Positions 28,231 to 44,229 of a DNA stretch of 64,000 nt are shown piece by piece. Source of the stretch: the human T2T-CHM13v2.0 reference genome, Homo sapiens. Made by a program: the position numbers and the translations under genes. How positions within the stretch are numbered: the stretch's first letter is position 1; the number at the start of each line of letters is the position of its first letter. The notes under the pieces are model-generated. The model was given only the letters and a program-made list of their open reading frames with translations. It was not told the origin of the DNA and ran no database searches. The stretch lies in NCBI RefSeq assembly GCF_009914755.1, contig NC_060928.1. One strand, 5' to 3'.

Positions 28231-30315
28231 TGCTAATTGAAAATGATTTTGGTAATATTCATAATTACATCTTATTTTTGCCAAAAAGTTACATGAAATC
28301 ACATTTAAAAAATTTGAGTAGAGACCTAGAATGAAATGAATGTCAACAGGCAGAGAGGAAGTACACTTAGAAATGTGATAGTCTCAATATGGAAAATTTA
28401 AGGGCAGTGATATTAAGCCTGTTACCACCACTTAAGGCCCTAACTCCAAAGCCATATTTTGGTCTTACCACAGTGTCCCGTATTAGAAATTGTCATATAC
28501 TTTCTGGTTAACGTCTCCTATTTTAAGAACCCAAGTATCACCTCCCCCTCCACAAAGCCTTCTCTGAGCTCAGTCTCCAGGAAGCTTTATTTTCTATGTT
28601 GCATGTTTATCTCATGGCCTTTGCCGTATTGTAATTGTAGTGATGTAGCCACCAGTCTGTCTCCCTCACTAGCTTTTAGCCTCACTGGGAACAGGGATTG
28701 TGTCTAGAGTGCCAGGCCCATAACAGGTACTAAGCAAGTGTTTATTGAATGAAAGCATAAAATAAATAAGAAATGTTCCATGAGAAGGATTAGAACTGCT
28801 AATTAAAATTATAAAATGGATTTGTCAGGAATGTAAGTGAGTTGAAGTAATTTTTAATAGAATAAAGCAATAAAAAACGATATACTAAGCCAATTGGAGG
28901 GGGAGGGCATGGTGTTATGCACACTTAGGAAATTAAGAAAACATTGTTGGTGCCAATAAGTCTGTGCACTGACTTCCAACTGATATGTGGCTTGTCATCT
29001 GAATAAGGTTTTCATCACTCACTTGGGACTTTTTATACATTATTTACTCTTTTTGATAAACTTCTCAATAGCTGCTATTCAGATAGATGCATTTTCCAGT
29101 AACATCTGATATGCATTTTAAAATGTAGCTTTTAAATGGTATTGATTGCCAGTAAACTCAATGAAAACTTTCATCAGTGTACTTTGAACTTCATTATTCT
29201 ACCCAAAAGAAATTGTAGCAGTCCTTGGGCACATAAATATTTAAGAATCCCTATGTAGAGGCCCTATTAGCTCCATGTCTACTTTTGTCATAATTTTAGC
29301 ACTTAAATACTACTTAGGATTGCCCCTTCAGATTGTATCCTTCTTCAAAATCTCTACAGTACTACTATGCATAATTTTACCTAATAGCTAGATGACTAGG
29401 TTTTTCAAAAGGACAGTCATACAGTTGAAATGGACATACTTTTATCGTGTTTTTAAAAATTACACAGGTAATTAAACCGAGAAAGAAAAATTGGTGTTCA
29501 GGACAGAAATTCTGTTCAGGTTCCCAAAGTCCTTGTGAAATACACCACAGTATTGTCATAGCTTTGCTGCTGTAAGCCTGGAAACTGGTGTGCGCTTTTC
29601 CCTTCTGCTTTTAGGAGGAAACGCTACCAGTGTCACATTTCTAAGAAGGAGACAGCAAGCAATGAAAGCAGTGTCTTGATACCAGAGTTACAGCATCCAA
29701 AGTAGTTTTCCTTCTTTTAATTTGAATCTGCATTCTCACATATTTGGATATAGTTCTGTTCTGGCTTAAATGTTACTGTATAGAAATAAAGGTTTACAGA
29801 AGGTCATTCTGTGAACAGAGGTATGGAAAGTCTACACGTGGCACTTCCTGTGAACAGATGGCATGGTACGTTAAGAGAGCATAAGGTGGGATTTCTGTTA
29901 TGGGCAAAGGGGGAAATGAATCTGAAAGGACAGGGCAAGGTCAAGGTGGTGGAAAGGCCTTTATTCTATGCTGAGAAGTTTGAACCCTCTGTTGCCAGAG
30001 GAGGTCTTGATTAAAAAAATCAGCCTAGTAGCAATATAGAAGATTGATGGAGGAGAAAGGAAAGTGGTGCCAGGGAGACTAGATTGTGATCATTTCAGTA
30101 TTTAAAGTTAGATAAAAGCTAAGTCTGAATTTCAGTAGGAACAGAGGAAAGAAAAGGAGACAAGCTCCAGAGATTCAGAATATACTCAAGAATCTCGAGT
30201 AGATAGTAACTAATTGGAAATAGGGGAGAGCAGAAGTGAGACACTGAAATTTTTAGTGTGGTTGACTAAGTAATGATACTGCCATTAACCAACACCAGAG
30301 AAACCAAAATAAGAG

Positions 30316-30316
<1 letters not shown>

Positions 30317-30350
<34 letters not shown>
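30317..30350. repeat. (TG)n microsatellite
   Basis: Perfect TG run. Confidence 0.97.
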
Positions 30351-30352
<2 letters not shown>

Positions 30353-31552
30353 GGCCATTGTCAACAAAAATATATATGCCCTAAATTGGAAGACTTCGTT
30401 CTGTTCCATGGTAATTATTGTGTTTTCCTATAGGAAAATAATTTTGCTGAGATTTGTTCCTGTGGTGTTACTGAAAGATATAGTAGTAAGGGCCCAAGAT
30501 TTAAGGTGAGATGACCTGAATTCAGTTTCTATCTATATTTCTTTCGAACATTCACACATTGGGCTATTCCCTTACCTGCTTTGAAGTTCACTTTCCTCAT
30601 ATGAAAAGTAGGGATACTTTCTTATTGCCTATCCCGATGAACAAATGAAAGAGCACTTATAAAAATATAAAGTGCCACATAAATGTGAGTCGTTAGATTT
30701 CTACAGACTGTTAGGAGTTGGACCGTAAGAGAGGTTTTACCCAAGCACCATGGATCCCTTAGTCCTTAGACATGTTTTTGAGGTTCCTGGACTGTATTCT
30801 TTCATTTTCTCTACTGGTGTTAAGTATCAATTATAAGGGGGCAGTTTGTATATATTTTTCCAAACATAAGTATTTATATAAAACAATTATTTTGATTCAT
30901 TGGTTTATACCAGTTACCTTTAAAACAAAACAAAAACATAAGTAGTTTAATTACTATATTGACATGCTATTTGTTAACATTATTTCGTCTCTTTATTGGG
31001 TCATGAAAAAAAGTTTAAGGATTTTCTTTATTCTTATGTTTTCTACTTTTACTATATTTCCTCAGCTCAATTGCACCTCTGTTCTTGTTCAGTCTAGGAC
31101 TCATACCAGATTGAAGTAAATTAGAGGATGGAAAACAAAACAAAACAAAACTCAGAGTACATTCCTGTCAGTTTTCACCCACTTTAAAGTAATCTCATGA
31201 ACGTAAAGTTTTCAAAAACCAAAAGAATTGCTTCCATCCATCTTAAAGTCTAATTTAATCAGGTCTTGACAATGTATTTTACGTGACAATGTTCAGATCT
31301 ACCAAAGTATAGAAGTGAGATTTTTCATTTTTAGTCCTTTTTTTTTCATTACTCTTTAGTTATTTTTGACACCACGTTTCAAGAAAATTTCAGGCCTTGT
31401 CAGTCAGAATGGCAAGTAGAAACAACCACATTTTATATGTGAACCAAACAAGATTAATGGATGTTTCATTCATTTTTTACAAAGATTAGTTTGTTTTATT
31501 TCTTACTGTTTCCTCTTTTTAAAAAATATATTTTGATTAAAAATATAAAATG

Positions 31553-32060
<508 letters not shown>

Positions 32061-33887
32061 ATGAATAATGATATTCCTGAGCTTTGCAATTTAAATCTTC
32101 CATATGAAAGTGTATTTATCATGGAGCTGTAAAATAGACCAGTGTTTTTGTTTTTTTAATGAATTTTCAGACTTAATCCACATTCCTGTTTTCACTGCCT
32201 AAATTTAATCTTTCAGTGATATTTTCTGAGCTACTGCCATATAATTAATGAACAGTGAAAGTCAGTTTAAACTTGGTAGACAAATATTCTCCTCTCCCAT
32301 TGAGACCATTGAGTTGGTTTTTGCTGAGTCCCTCCTTCCTGGGATTTTCCCCTTTCCATTCTGATGTATGACTTTAGCTTGTCTTAGGGAATCCACCAAT
32401 CTTTGCTTCTTTCCTTTTAGCTGACATAAATCTCTCTGGCATGGATGGTTTCAGGACCACTTTTTTGACCCCCCCTCGAAAGATACTTCTTATTCTTAAG
32501 ATTCCGGTTGCACTGCCTAATCAAATATACGGCAGTTTTTTTTTTCTAGACATAACTATTTCATAAAATTAATAGCATATTGTTAATTATGGGTATCTGT
32601 ATGAATGAAAATATCCTTTAATGAGTCATTTCTAAAAAAGAAACATTGAGAATTCAGCTACACCTTTATAATGAAAGAAAACAGTTGTTTAAAATGTCAG
32701 ATAATGATTTATCATCTGGATATTAGAATCATCCAGAGATTAATGGAATTAAATGTTCTTATCCAGTCTCTTGTCACATAGACCTAATCTAATTTCCATT
32801 TGGAGTAATTGTAGAAATTTTTGATTTAGTGAGGATTAATTCCTTACCTGTAAGAAATCTCTACTTACAGGTATATGATGATTTTAAGAACTGCAGCCTT
32901 TTTAAAAAGGAGAAAATGCTTGAAATTATATTGCGAATATTTATTATTTTAAATAACACTTTTGATATTGTCCTTCATGTCATATAAATATACATTTAGC
33001 TCTAGGAGAAAAAGAAATTAAAGTACTGATAATACAGCTGGAAACCCACCTATTATTATTAAACATGATGAGAAATCAGTGAAGTTTTAATTTTTAATAT
33101 AGGTTCAATTAGCAACAACTATAACAAAAATAACTTGATATTCTGGATGCTTTTCATTCTTCATTATTACCTTATTTTATTAAACATAGTTGTTTTATTA
33201 TTGGTTATGGTTATGTGTATTTTATGCACTATGAATTTAAGAACAATTTCTATTGATAAATGATAAAGTGCTTTAGTTTAGTTTGCCATTTGGTTTATGT
33301 GATGTCATATAAAAGTTTAAAAAGACCCATTCTTTGCTATGGTTTCCGGATTTAGTTTATTCCATGTTTACAACTTACATACAACATTATTTCAGTTGAA
33401 AAGAACAAATGACCTATTTATTAACTGAGCAGCCAATACTTCTCATACTAATAATGGGTATGTATTACAATAAAGTGGCAGCAGTAAGGTTGGTAGACTT
33501 ATGTATGATTTTCCTGTGGGGTCCTGGGAGCCCAAATTATTTATTACTTGAGAACAAAGAACCTTAGAGTTAAAGGTAAGTGAGTCTGTATGTGATATGC
33601 CTAATGGTAGGTCCCTAAAGTATGAAAAAAGCCCCTTTTTTTTGGGAAAAAAAAAGGATAAAAACAGTTTGTAGTTTACTTCTAACGAGGCACATCCTAG
33701 AGTCAATTTTCTTTCTCCTCATTCATTTACACTGAGCGTCACCTGTTCCCTCAGGTGAAAAATGAGGACTAGCTTGGATTATTAATATTTTGCTTGTACC
33801 CATTTTCCCCTGAAGAATGTCTCATTACATAAATTTGTAGTATTCACAACTAAGTTTTTGTCAACAACATATTTTGAAATCATTCAC

Positions 33888-34189
<302 letters not shown>

Positions 34190-34659
34190 ATCATTCACTA
34201 CTTAGCTTCTTGATTTCTTAACACCCAATTTCAAGGAAGCATTAAATTAAAGCATTAATGTAACAGGATTACAATTTCAGTTACCTAACATTGATCTGAT
34301 AGAGTATTTTATTATTACCAAGCTAAAAGTACCAATATAGGTATTTATCATAATCATGAACAGAGAATTAGCACATTTTCTTTGCAATTGAATTTTTTTC
34401 CCAAAGCTGCTTCTCCTTACTAAAAGTTCTATTGAAATTGTATGGGAATTCAAATTCATCTTAAAAGCTGAAACAATATACTAATAAATAAAATATTTCT
34501 TATTCCTTATTCATTTATTTATTAGTTTATTTATTCAGTTAACAAGTAAGTGGCTCTGTTTATGCCAGGTACAACTTTCTTGGGCCCTCAAAAACATATT
34601 TTAAGCTTTATTTGGTCATGGGGTTTTCTGAAATTATATTTACTAAAAGTCAAAAGTAA

Positions 34660-35310
<651 letters not shown>

Positions 35311-35454
35311 CCAGTGATGCAGGTACTAACATTAAATCCATTTCTTTGATGAGGAAACTAAGTCACATATGTAACTTACAGTGTAACTGAAGAAAGAAGA
35401 AAACACAGGGCTGCTTGACTTCAGAGTACTCAACCTCTATGCTGGAATGAGGTT

Positions 35455-35487
<33 letters not shown>

Positions 35488-35600
35488 TTTATACTTTAAG
35501 TTTTAGGGTACATGTGCACAGCGTGCAGGTTAGTTACATATGTATACATGTGCCATGTTGGTGTGCTGTACCCATCAACTCGTCATTTAACATTAGGTAT
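35455..35600 (-). mobile_element. L1PA extreme 3' end with (TTG)n tail
   Basis: tatactttaagttttagggtacatgtgcaca. Confidence 0.92.
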
Positions 35601-36124
35601 TGTTTGTTGTTTTAAAGCATTACCCCATCCTTTTTCTTTTCTTCGTGGCCGAACTTTTTGAAAGAGTGACTTGATTCCTGTCTCACTTTCCTTGCTTACC
35701 TCCCACCTTCTATGAAAACAGCTCAGCTGCCAGTGCTTTTTCTTTTGTAATAACTGCTTTTTTGAAATAGAATTTATATACCATAAAATTTGTCCTTTTA
35801 AATTGTGCATTTCAGTGGTTTTTAGTATCACAGTACTTTCTGAATGTTGTATGTAATGGCCTTTTTCAGTCTCTTTCATATTTAATCTTTCCATGACATT
35901 CGACATTGTTGACCCCTCAGTCCTTGACTCTGTCCTCATTCAGCCCTTTTTCATTCTCCTTCTACTGACCTCATAATTGTTTTTCAGTCTTTATGCCCTT
36001 GTCTTCCTTGACCTACTTTGTAAATGTTGATTTTTGTTTACTTCTCATTGTACATGCTACTTCTGAGAGATCTCATGACCTTGGGAGCCACCTTTATTGG
36101 CGTGTTGCTCATAAATGTTTATTT

Positions 36125-36680
36125 TAGTAATTTATCTAACAAATATTTATTGTGCATTCATTATGTAGAAGGCTCAGTTTAGGGACTTGAAGTCTATGCT
36201 GTTATTGAACCTATATTCTATGGGGAAGACACAAGCAATAGCAAATAACAAGGAAGTCTGCAATTTTAAATAGTATGAGAGTGGTAGGCTTTGCTGAGAA
36301 GGTGCACTTTGAACAGGGACTTGAACGTGAACAGTTAGCCATGCAGCTCTCTGCAAGAACGTATAGCAAATAGAAGGATACCAAGGGTAAACTGGTCAGG
36401 GACATTTAAGGAATGGTAGGAGGACAAGTGGGTTGGAGCTGAGAAACTGAGGGGGTCCCTAGTCCATGCTGTCAGAGACAAGATGAAAGAATAAAGTGGG
36501 GCTAGGCTATATGGACCATTAAAAGGACTTTAGCTTTTACTCTGAGTAAAATGGTGAAGCAGTACAGGGCTTTGATTAGAAGATGAAAGTAATCTGAGTG
36601 AGGTTTTTAAGTGACTTCTGTTACTTCTGTGCTGAGAATAGACTATATGGTGACAAGGTTCGAACCAGGAAACCAAGAAT
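36125..36680 (-). mobile_element. L2 fragment
   Basis: aacaaatatttattg...aaggactttagcttttactctgagt. Confidence 0.75.
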
Positions 36681-37464
36681 ACAAAACTACTTACTGAATT
36701 GATGCAGTCTTCATCTCTCCAGGATTCTAGACTAGTATATTTAAACGCCCATTGAACATACTTCAGTACAACACAGATATCTAAAGTTCATCATGTCCCA
36801 AACTAAATCCATCTGCTCTTCCCAGCTCCATGTTCCAAAGTTGCCCTCTCCTCCCAAAACCTTGCCTTGGCAGAGACCCAGCCACTCAGAGAAGAGCCCC
36901 GCTTGACTCTTCATGTATTCCTTGCCCATCAGTCAAATTGAGGATTAAAAAAACCTTTAAGTTCTCTTTAGTAAGGTGTATCAGTTACTTTAATTTAATC
37001 CACTGCTTAATTTGTTAGTCCTATCTTTCTGCTACCCCTCAATACTCAATATTAAAATTCAAGCAGTTCCTTGAGAGAAATGCAGGATACAGCAAATCCG
37101 TCCTGAGTTTGTGAGTGCACTGTTTAATCCACTACCTTGCCTGGGCATGGGCCTATACATCTTCAGTGACTGCTATAAAGGCTTTATGTGGTACTGTAGT
37201 CCAGCCAGACAGATTTGGGCTGAATCTCAGTTCTAGAATTTATTAGTCACATGACTTCAGACAAGCCACTTAGTAACACTAAGCCTCATTTTCTTTATTT
37301 AAAAAAAGGTAAAAACATAACCATCTGCCAATGTTGTTTTTAGTGTTAGAGATAATATTTCCAAAGCCCCTTTTGGACAGTCCTTGATAAATAATACTTC
37401 TACTCCCTCTAGACCACATGCCTCAAGAAGACAGAGGAAGAGACTTTTTACATTAAGCCTCCCT

Positions 37465-38015
37465 CTTTGTGTTTTACAGTTCTGTGGGCTTTGTCAAATG
37501 CATAATATCATTCATCTGCAATTACAGCATCATACAGAGTAGTTTCACTGCCCTAAAAATCCCATGTTTCACTGTCATCTCCTTACAACCACCAATCTTT
37601 ACACTGTCTATTGTGTTGCCTTTTCCAGAATGCCATATAGTTAGAATCATAAAGTATGTAATCTTTTTTTTCCCCCTAAAGATATGGGGTCTTGTTCTGC
37701 CATCCAGGCTGGAGTCCAGGGGCACAGTCAATAGCTCACTGTAGCCTCGAATCCCTGAGCTCAAGGGATCCTCTCACATCAGCTGGGACTACTGGTGTGT
37801 GCCACCACACCTGCCTAATTTAAGTTTTTTATTTAATTTTTTAAATTTTTTGTAGAGACAAAGTCTTGCTATGTTTCCCAGGCTGGTCTCGAACTTCTGG
37901 CCTCAAGAAATCCTTCTGCCTTGGCTTCCCAAAGTGCTGGGTTTACAGATGATGTGAGCCACTTGTGCCCAGCCCAGTATATAGCCTTTTCAGACTGGTT
38001 TCTTTCCCTTGGCAG
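37465..38015 (-). mobile_element. L1MC/MD fragment with an AluJ (37664-37973)
   Basis: catacagagtagtttcactgccctaaaaatccc; diverged Alu dimer. Confidence 0.8.
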
Positions 38016-38257
38016 TTGAATGGGTAATTTTAATGGAATCAGTGTCTAGATTCTCCACTTCTACATAAACTCTTTATTAATATTGATCTGGCTAAGAATA
38101 GTCCTTTATTCATAACACTCTTTCTCTTACCTTACAAGAGAAAAGCACACCCTTATCCATCCCAAATGTTATTATGGTGCATTATCCTGGAGTCATAGAA
38201 AATTTAACATTAAAAATTCAACTAATGCATTAAATTTGTATTGCAGTATGACAGGGT

Positions 38258-38563
38258 GGCCGGGTGCAGTGGCTCACGCTTGTAATCCCAGCACTTTGGG
38301 AGGCCGAGGTGAGCAGATTACCTAAAGTCAGGAGTTTGAGACCAGCCTGGCCAACATGGCAAAACACCCATCTCTACTAAAAATACAAAAATTAGTCAGG
38401 TATGGTGGCACATGCCTGTTGTCCTAGCTACTTGGGAGGCCTAGGTAGGAGAATTGCCTGAATCCAGGAGGTGGAGGTCATAGTGAGCCAAGTTAGTGTC
38501 ACTGCGCTCCAGCCTGGGCAACAGAGCAAGACTCCATCTCAAAAAAAAAAAAAAAAAAAAAAA
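38258..38563 (+). mobile_element. AluSx/Sz
   Basis: TSD agtatgacagggt. Confidence 0.95.
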
Positions 38564-40818
38564 AGTATGACAGGGTGAACAACTGAGGACTTAATTATTA
38601 AAATATGTAAAAATTCTGTGAGGCAGCGAGATGGAAATAAAGGTCAAGAAAATAAATAGCAATGTAAATTTCAGCTGCCAAAATAAGTATCTCTGTGTGT
38701 TACTTAAATACATAGTGATTATATTAAATTATTGTAGATTTAGATGCTATTGAGTATATTTAAAATAGCTGATGTGTTTTGTTTTAAAATGTCAATATTT
38801 CCAATAGGGTAGAAATTAAATTCTTTGCAAGTACATATTTTACCACAGGTGAAAATTTGTATATGTCAATTTGGTAATGTGTAAATGGTTACATAATTTT
38901 TCAAAATTCTTTTAAGAGTCTGTGAATAAAGGCAGTTAAAACCTGGTAGGCTATCCTACTCTATAAAACCCAAGTTTGTCAACCTGGCTTATAAAATCCT
39001 TCATCACCTTATTCCTTCTAGTTGGTTTTGTTTTGTTTTTAACTACTTTCTGTCTTACACTCTAAGCTCCAGCAAGAAAGATCTATTTGAAGTTCTAAGT
39101 ATGTGTTGTGCTCTTTCCTGCCTTTGTCTTGATTGTGTTATTCTTCCCTTTGCCTCACTACCTTCTGCCCATTCTTTAGGATCCAGAAGTCTGGAGTGAG
39201 GAATTACCTCTTGGCTCAGATGCTCATTTTCCCTTCTCCCATGGTTTCCTCCTCTAGTCTTCTTGCTACGTTGTTTTACATTTAACTTCTATTTTGTTTT
39301 TCTGGAATTAGACCTGGAAGGTCTTTAAGAGTAGGAACTATGTTTTATCTTTGCCTGTTCAGCACCTATATACCTGTGTTGACAATAAGTTAATTCATTA
39401 GATGAATATTAATTTTTGCATTAAGCAAGGAGAGGTGGATTTCAAATAGTTTGAAAGTTAATTCTTATGTGTAACTTTTTTTTTTTTTGGTCAGTTACAC
39501 TGTAGAAAGTTATTTTTCTTCTATGCTGGTTATTTTTCTGGCTGTAATATTTGCATTTACTGGTAAGATTTTAGTAAGCTTTCATATGAAGATGAGCCTA
39601 AAGATGATTTTGAGAACCAACATTCTAACAGAAGGAACACATTACTGTAAGTAATCAGGCAAGGTTTCTAGTTTTGGCTCTGTCACAAAGTTGCCATGTG
39701 ACCCTGGGCAAAGTAACCAGCCTGGGGGTTGATTTTCTTATCTGTAAGATGAGTAAGTGACCAGAGTCTCCCAAAAGTTTCCTTTACCTTTGATTTAATC
39801 AAGAGAAAATTTTAGTAAAGCAAACAAATGATTATCTTTGACAAGAAGTAAAAAATATGGGCTGATTTATTTTCTACTCATTTATACTGTGGACCTTATA
39901 GGTGGTACATGGAGATACTATGTATCTTGTTTATGTCACCTGCAAACCATGTACTGTAGTGTCATGGCTTGGAATCTATCCTTAATCTAAAAATTAAATT
40001 TTTAAGTTGTTATAAATATAGAAGTTTATATTTAAACTGTAAATATTGTGTTGAGTTATAATTTTAGGTTATATTTTAGCATCTTTCACTAAATATATGA
40101 TGTATCTGATTAATGTTATACTTTCCTATACATTTCTATCATTCTCTAAATGAACTTACGTTGACATATTTTTTGTGACCAATTACTTAGTCACTGCAGC
40201 CTTTCTCATTGAGAAGCAATATTAAAAAAATTACAAAACTGCTTTCCTGTGTCATTTGGATTCATAATGTGTCATAATTAAGTTTTATAAAGCTTGATTG
40301 ACTGACATTTAGATATGACTTTTATAAAGGGTTTGAGATTGTGTTGTTTGGCCGAAACAAAGGCAGTATTTCCTTTCTTGTCTTTGACTCCACCTAGCCC
40401 CACTTTTCTCCACCTGCCTGAGGAAAGCTGTATTTCTTCAGACAAACTTAATAATTGCCCTTCTGTGCCTGATTTGGGCCTCAGGAAAGGCCCATAGCAT
40501 CTGTAAAGCTGGCAGCAGAATGGTATTTCCAGGCAAGCACAGAGTTGCTGGGTAGTGAGCCAATCCACAGCTTTGTCTGAGCAGCTGAGAACTTTGCCGG
40601 AGTATTACCACGGTGTTCAGTAACACAGACCTGTGCCATGAGCAAGTAAAGCACTGAGCAAGTGTCAGGGTCAATATTTATAGACCACTACGTAGCTGCC
40701 TTGCATAGAGAGAAAACGGGAGAGTAACATGCACACAGAGGGCAAGGAAAGAAAGACTGCAGTGGAGGGAATGTTAATTTCCAATTTTTTCTGAAAATGT
40801 ATTCTTTCTAACTGTCAG

Positions 40819-40913
40819 GTTCAGACTTCTGCTGATTCATAACCATTTGGCTCTGAGCTATGACAAGAGAGGAAACAAAAAGTTAAACAAGCAAGCCTGC
40901 CATAAGTGAGAAG
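40819..40913 (+). other. BMPR1B: BMPR1B 5'-UTR non-coding exon (exon 3 of the canonical transcript), 95 nt
   Basis: Acceptor ttctaactgtcag|GTTCAG and donor GAGAAG|gtaagt. The sequence GTTCAGACTTCTGCTGATTCATAACC...GCCATAAGTGAGAAG matches the recalled BMPR1B leader just upstream of CAAACTTCCTTGATAACATG. Identified from memory, not a search. Confidence 0.92.
40860..40886 (+). promoter_or_regulatory. Upstream ORF (MTREETKS*) inside the 5'-UTR exon
   Basis: ATG ACA AGA GAG GAA ACA AAA AGT TAA; G at -3. Confidence 0.6.
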
Positions 40914-43085
40914 GTAAGTAATTAGCCAGTTCAGTCTCGCTGTTACTCGTAAACTCTCTCCCTGTTGGCTGCACTGCATCAGTAAGCAAAGGGCTGTGTG
41001 GCATGTCAAAGCTAATGAGGAGGGCTGCCTGCTGGGTAAGAATGTTGTTGGTGGCAGAGCCGTTTTGTGTACTGCTGTTGAGAATGCCGGGTACATTCAC
41101 AAGACGTTTCCTGCGTGTGGTAGGAACAGCTCTCAAGCACCAATTTCATATTGTGTCCTATCAGTAAGTTTCTGTCTCTTCATTCTGTCAAACTCGAGGT
41201 CTTCCAGTTGGTAAAGTCCTATTTACTTTTATGTCGGTATTAAAACATTAGTGTCAGTTAAGTTTATCGTAGTGAGTGGTCTAGACATGGATTATAAGGG
41301 AAACATTCAGATGAACGTATGAAGGTGCAGTAGTCAGTGTCAAAATGTGGAAGCTGGGAATTGGGGTAACATGGGGTCTTTTTATAAAAGAAGCCAACCT
41401 CCATTTGCCAGTGCACTGAAGTGAAATAGTACCTTTGGGATTAGAGAGAACCTGGGGTGGTGAGAAGTGAGAACAGTCTTCCTAATCCACGGTGCCAAAG
41501 GCAAGCACTGAGGAGAAGTTCTCTGCTTGTCCAGGTCACTTGCTATTGGATTCTTAAAAACTGCGACTCCCTACTCAATCTCAAACTAAAATTAACATCT
41601 CCTCCTACGCATTAATAGTTCTTTTTCTCCTGTCATCACAGGTAGCACTTTAAATATGTTTCTGTGTATGTTCACGGTGCTGTAGCATGTTCATCTTCAT
41701 TATGGTTTTTCATATTCTGGATTATCATTAAAAGCATTGGCACTGAAGGAGACAGAAAGAATTGTTTTCTATGTATTTTCTGGTTCTAGCTCATGAAATA
41801 TATATACTTGTATGTTTATATGTACTACACATGGACTAGAAAGTCAATTATGTTGTTTCACTAGAACTGTGGCCTTAACTAGAGGAGAGTTATCTACTGA
41901 CATAATGAAAATTTCCTTGATTGCTTTTCAGAATGTAGAACTATCAGCATTAGCATGATATTTAGAACTGTTAAGTTAGGTTATAGATGGTGATTATAGG
42001 TCCAAAGGGTTTTCTGTACTACATATTTAAGTTAAAAACAAAAATGAGATTGATGCTGCTGTAGAGCTGAAACTGGACACCATTAGAGATATGAGGAAAA
42101 GCTAATACTCTGGCACAGATTTTGTGTTAGGGCTGAAATACAGAAATCAGCCCATTCTAAAATAGGATAAGCCAGATCTAAAACAACAGGTAGAATATGT
42201 TTAAATGTAAAGTAAGAATTTTAAAATGAGACCAATAGCTGTGCAGTATCACTTTTGTTGAATGCGTATATAACTTTTCAAATGATGCAAAATGTTTCAA
42301 AATTAATTTTATTACTTCAGAAATACCTTAAGGCTAATCTAATTGATATCTTAAACTGTATTTTAACATTCATTTAATGCTTGTTTTATCATCTGAATCT
42401 TTGTACTTCTTCCAATTCTGCCTACCATTTCCATTTTATTAGTGGGTTTGATTTAGATTTTTGACAATATCTTTATTTTGAAAATACAACCATGATTGAT
42501 CTAGAATGGGCATTTCCCAGTTATAGAATCTAACTGGCTAAGTTCATCAATCAATTTTTATTTGCTTTTGCCTTTGAGTAATATCTCATGATCAAGATTG
42601 TAATTTCAGATTTTTATTCAGTATCTTTTATTTTTTGCTTTATATTTTGCATAAATACTAGCATGATAATTGCTTTCTTACCCCTTTTTATTGGTTTTGT
42701 TTTTATTCCTTCTGGTGTCTTGTTTCTGAAGTACCTTGTTGAAATTTGGGCAGAAAACAAGGCAAGCAAATAAAGAACTACAATAAGAAGAAACTAAAGA
42801 AAGTTTTCCTTTAAATCAAGAAGAAATACAAAATTGTGACACTGGTTGATAATGTCTACATTAGGATGTATTTTGTTTGAAGACTGGTTGAGTGTTTTAA
42901 AACTTGAAATGCCTTGTCAGTATTATTTTTGGCTCTGTAGTCCATCCTGACATTGGTTATCATATTTATAAATAATATTTTATATGCAGGTATATTATAC
43001 AAAATGAAAATGGCACCTTTTGTATTATGTGTTAAGTATCTATTGAAGCAATGTGAATGAATTTAGCTTGAAATATTAATATTAG

Positions 43086-43547
<462 letters not shown>

Positions 43548-44200
43548 TAAAGACCAGGCTTTACTATGAGTCTCTTGTTCATATACCTTCTACTTTTGTT
43601 CTATATTAATCTTCTGCCGTTCCTTTTGGGCTGTTGTCTGTATCTCTCTTGCCCATCCATGAGAATATTCCCCTTTCTCTCCATTTTATTTGCTGGCAGT
43701 ATTCAACATCTTCTATTTCTCAAAACAATCCACATTGCATTGCTTTTTTCTTGTATCATTTATGCTGTTCTATCTTGAAAACCCTTTTCCCAATCTTTGC
43801 CTTCTAGCCTGAATGGAGAAAGTCCTGCTGGTCTAATCTCAGACTCTGTGACTTGGCCTCCTGTGTAAATCTCTGTCCCAGTACTTTGCAAAGCTTGGTA
43901 ATATAGTGTTTTATGTTTTTGTTTCTGCCTGAGACTGTAATCTATTTATGGCCAGATTTTTAAATTTAATTCTTTTATGCTTCCCCAAGACCTAGCATAT
44001 AACAAGTGTCCCAGAATTTGAAGTAAACAAAAACTTTATCATACTTATTTTAAACATAATTTTCTTTATACCCCTTTCACTTTAAAATATTTTACAATTT
44101 TGATTCATTAGATTGAAGGAAAGCCTCTCAAGTAGATGGTACATATTGGTAATAATAATTAAAAAATTATTTTGTTTCTTTTTCTAGGACCAATCAGTGT

Positions 44201-44229
44201 TGTGCGTGTGTGTGTGTGTGTGTGTGTGT
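44201..44229. repeat. (TG)n microsatellite
   Basis: TG run. Confidence 0.95.
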
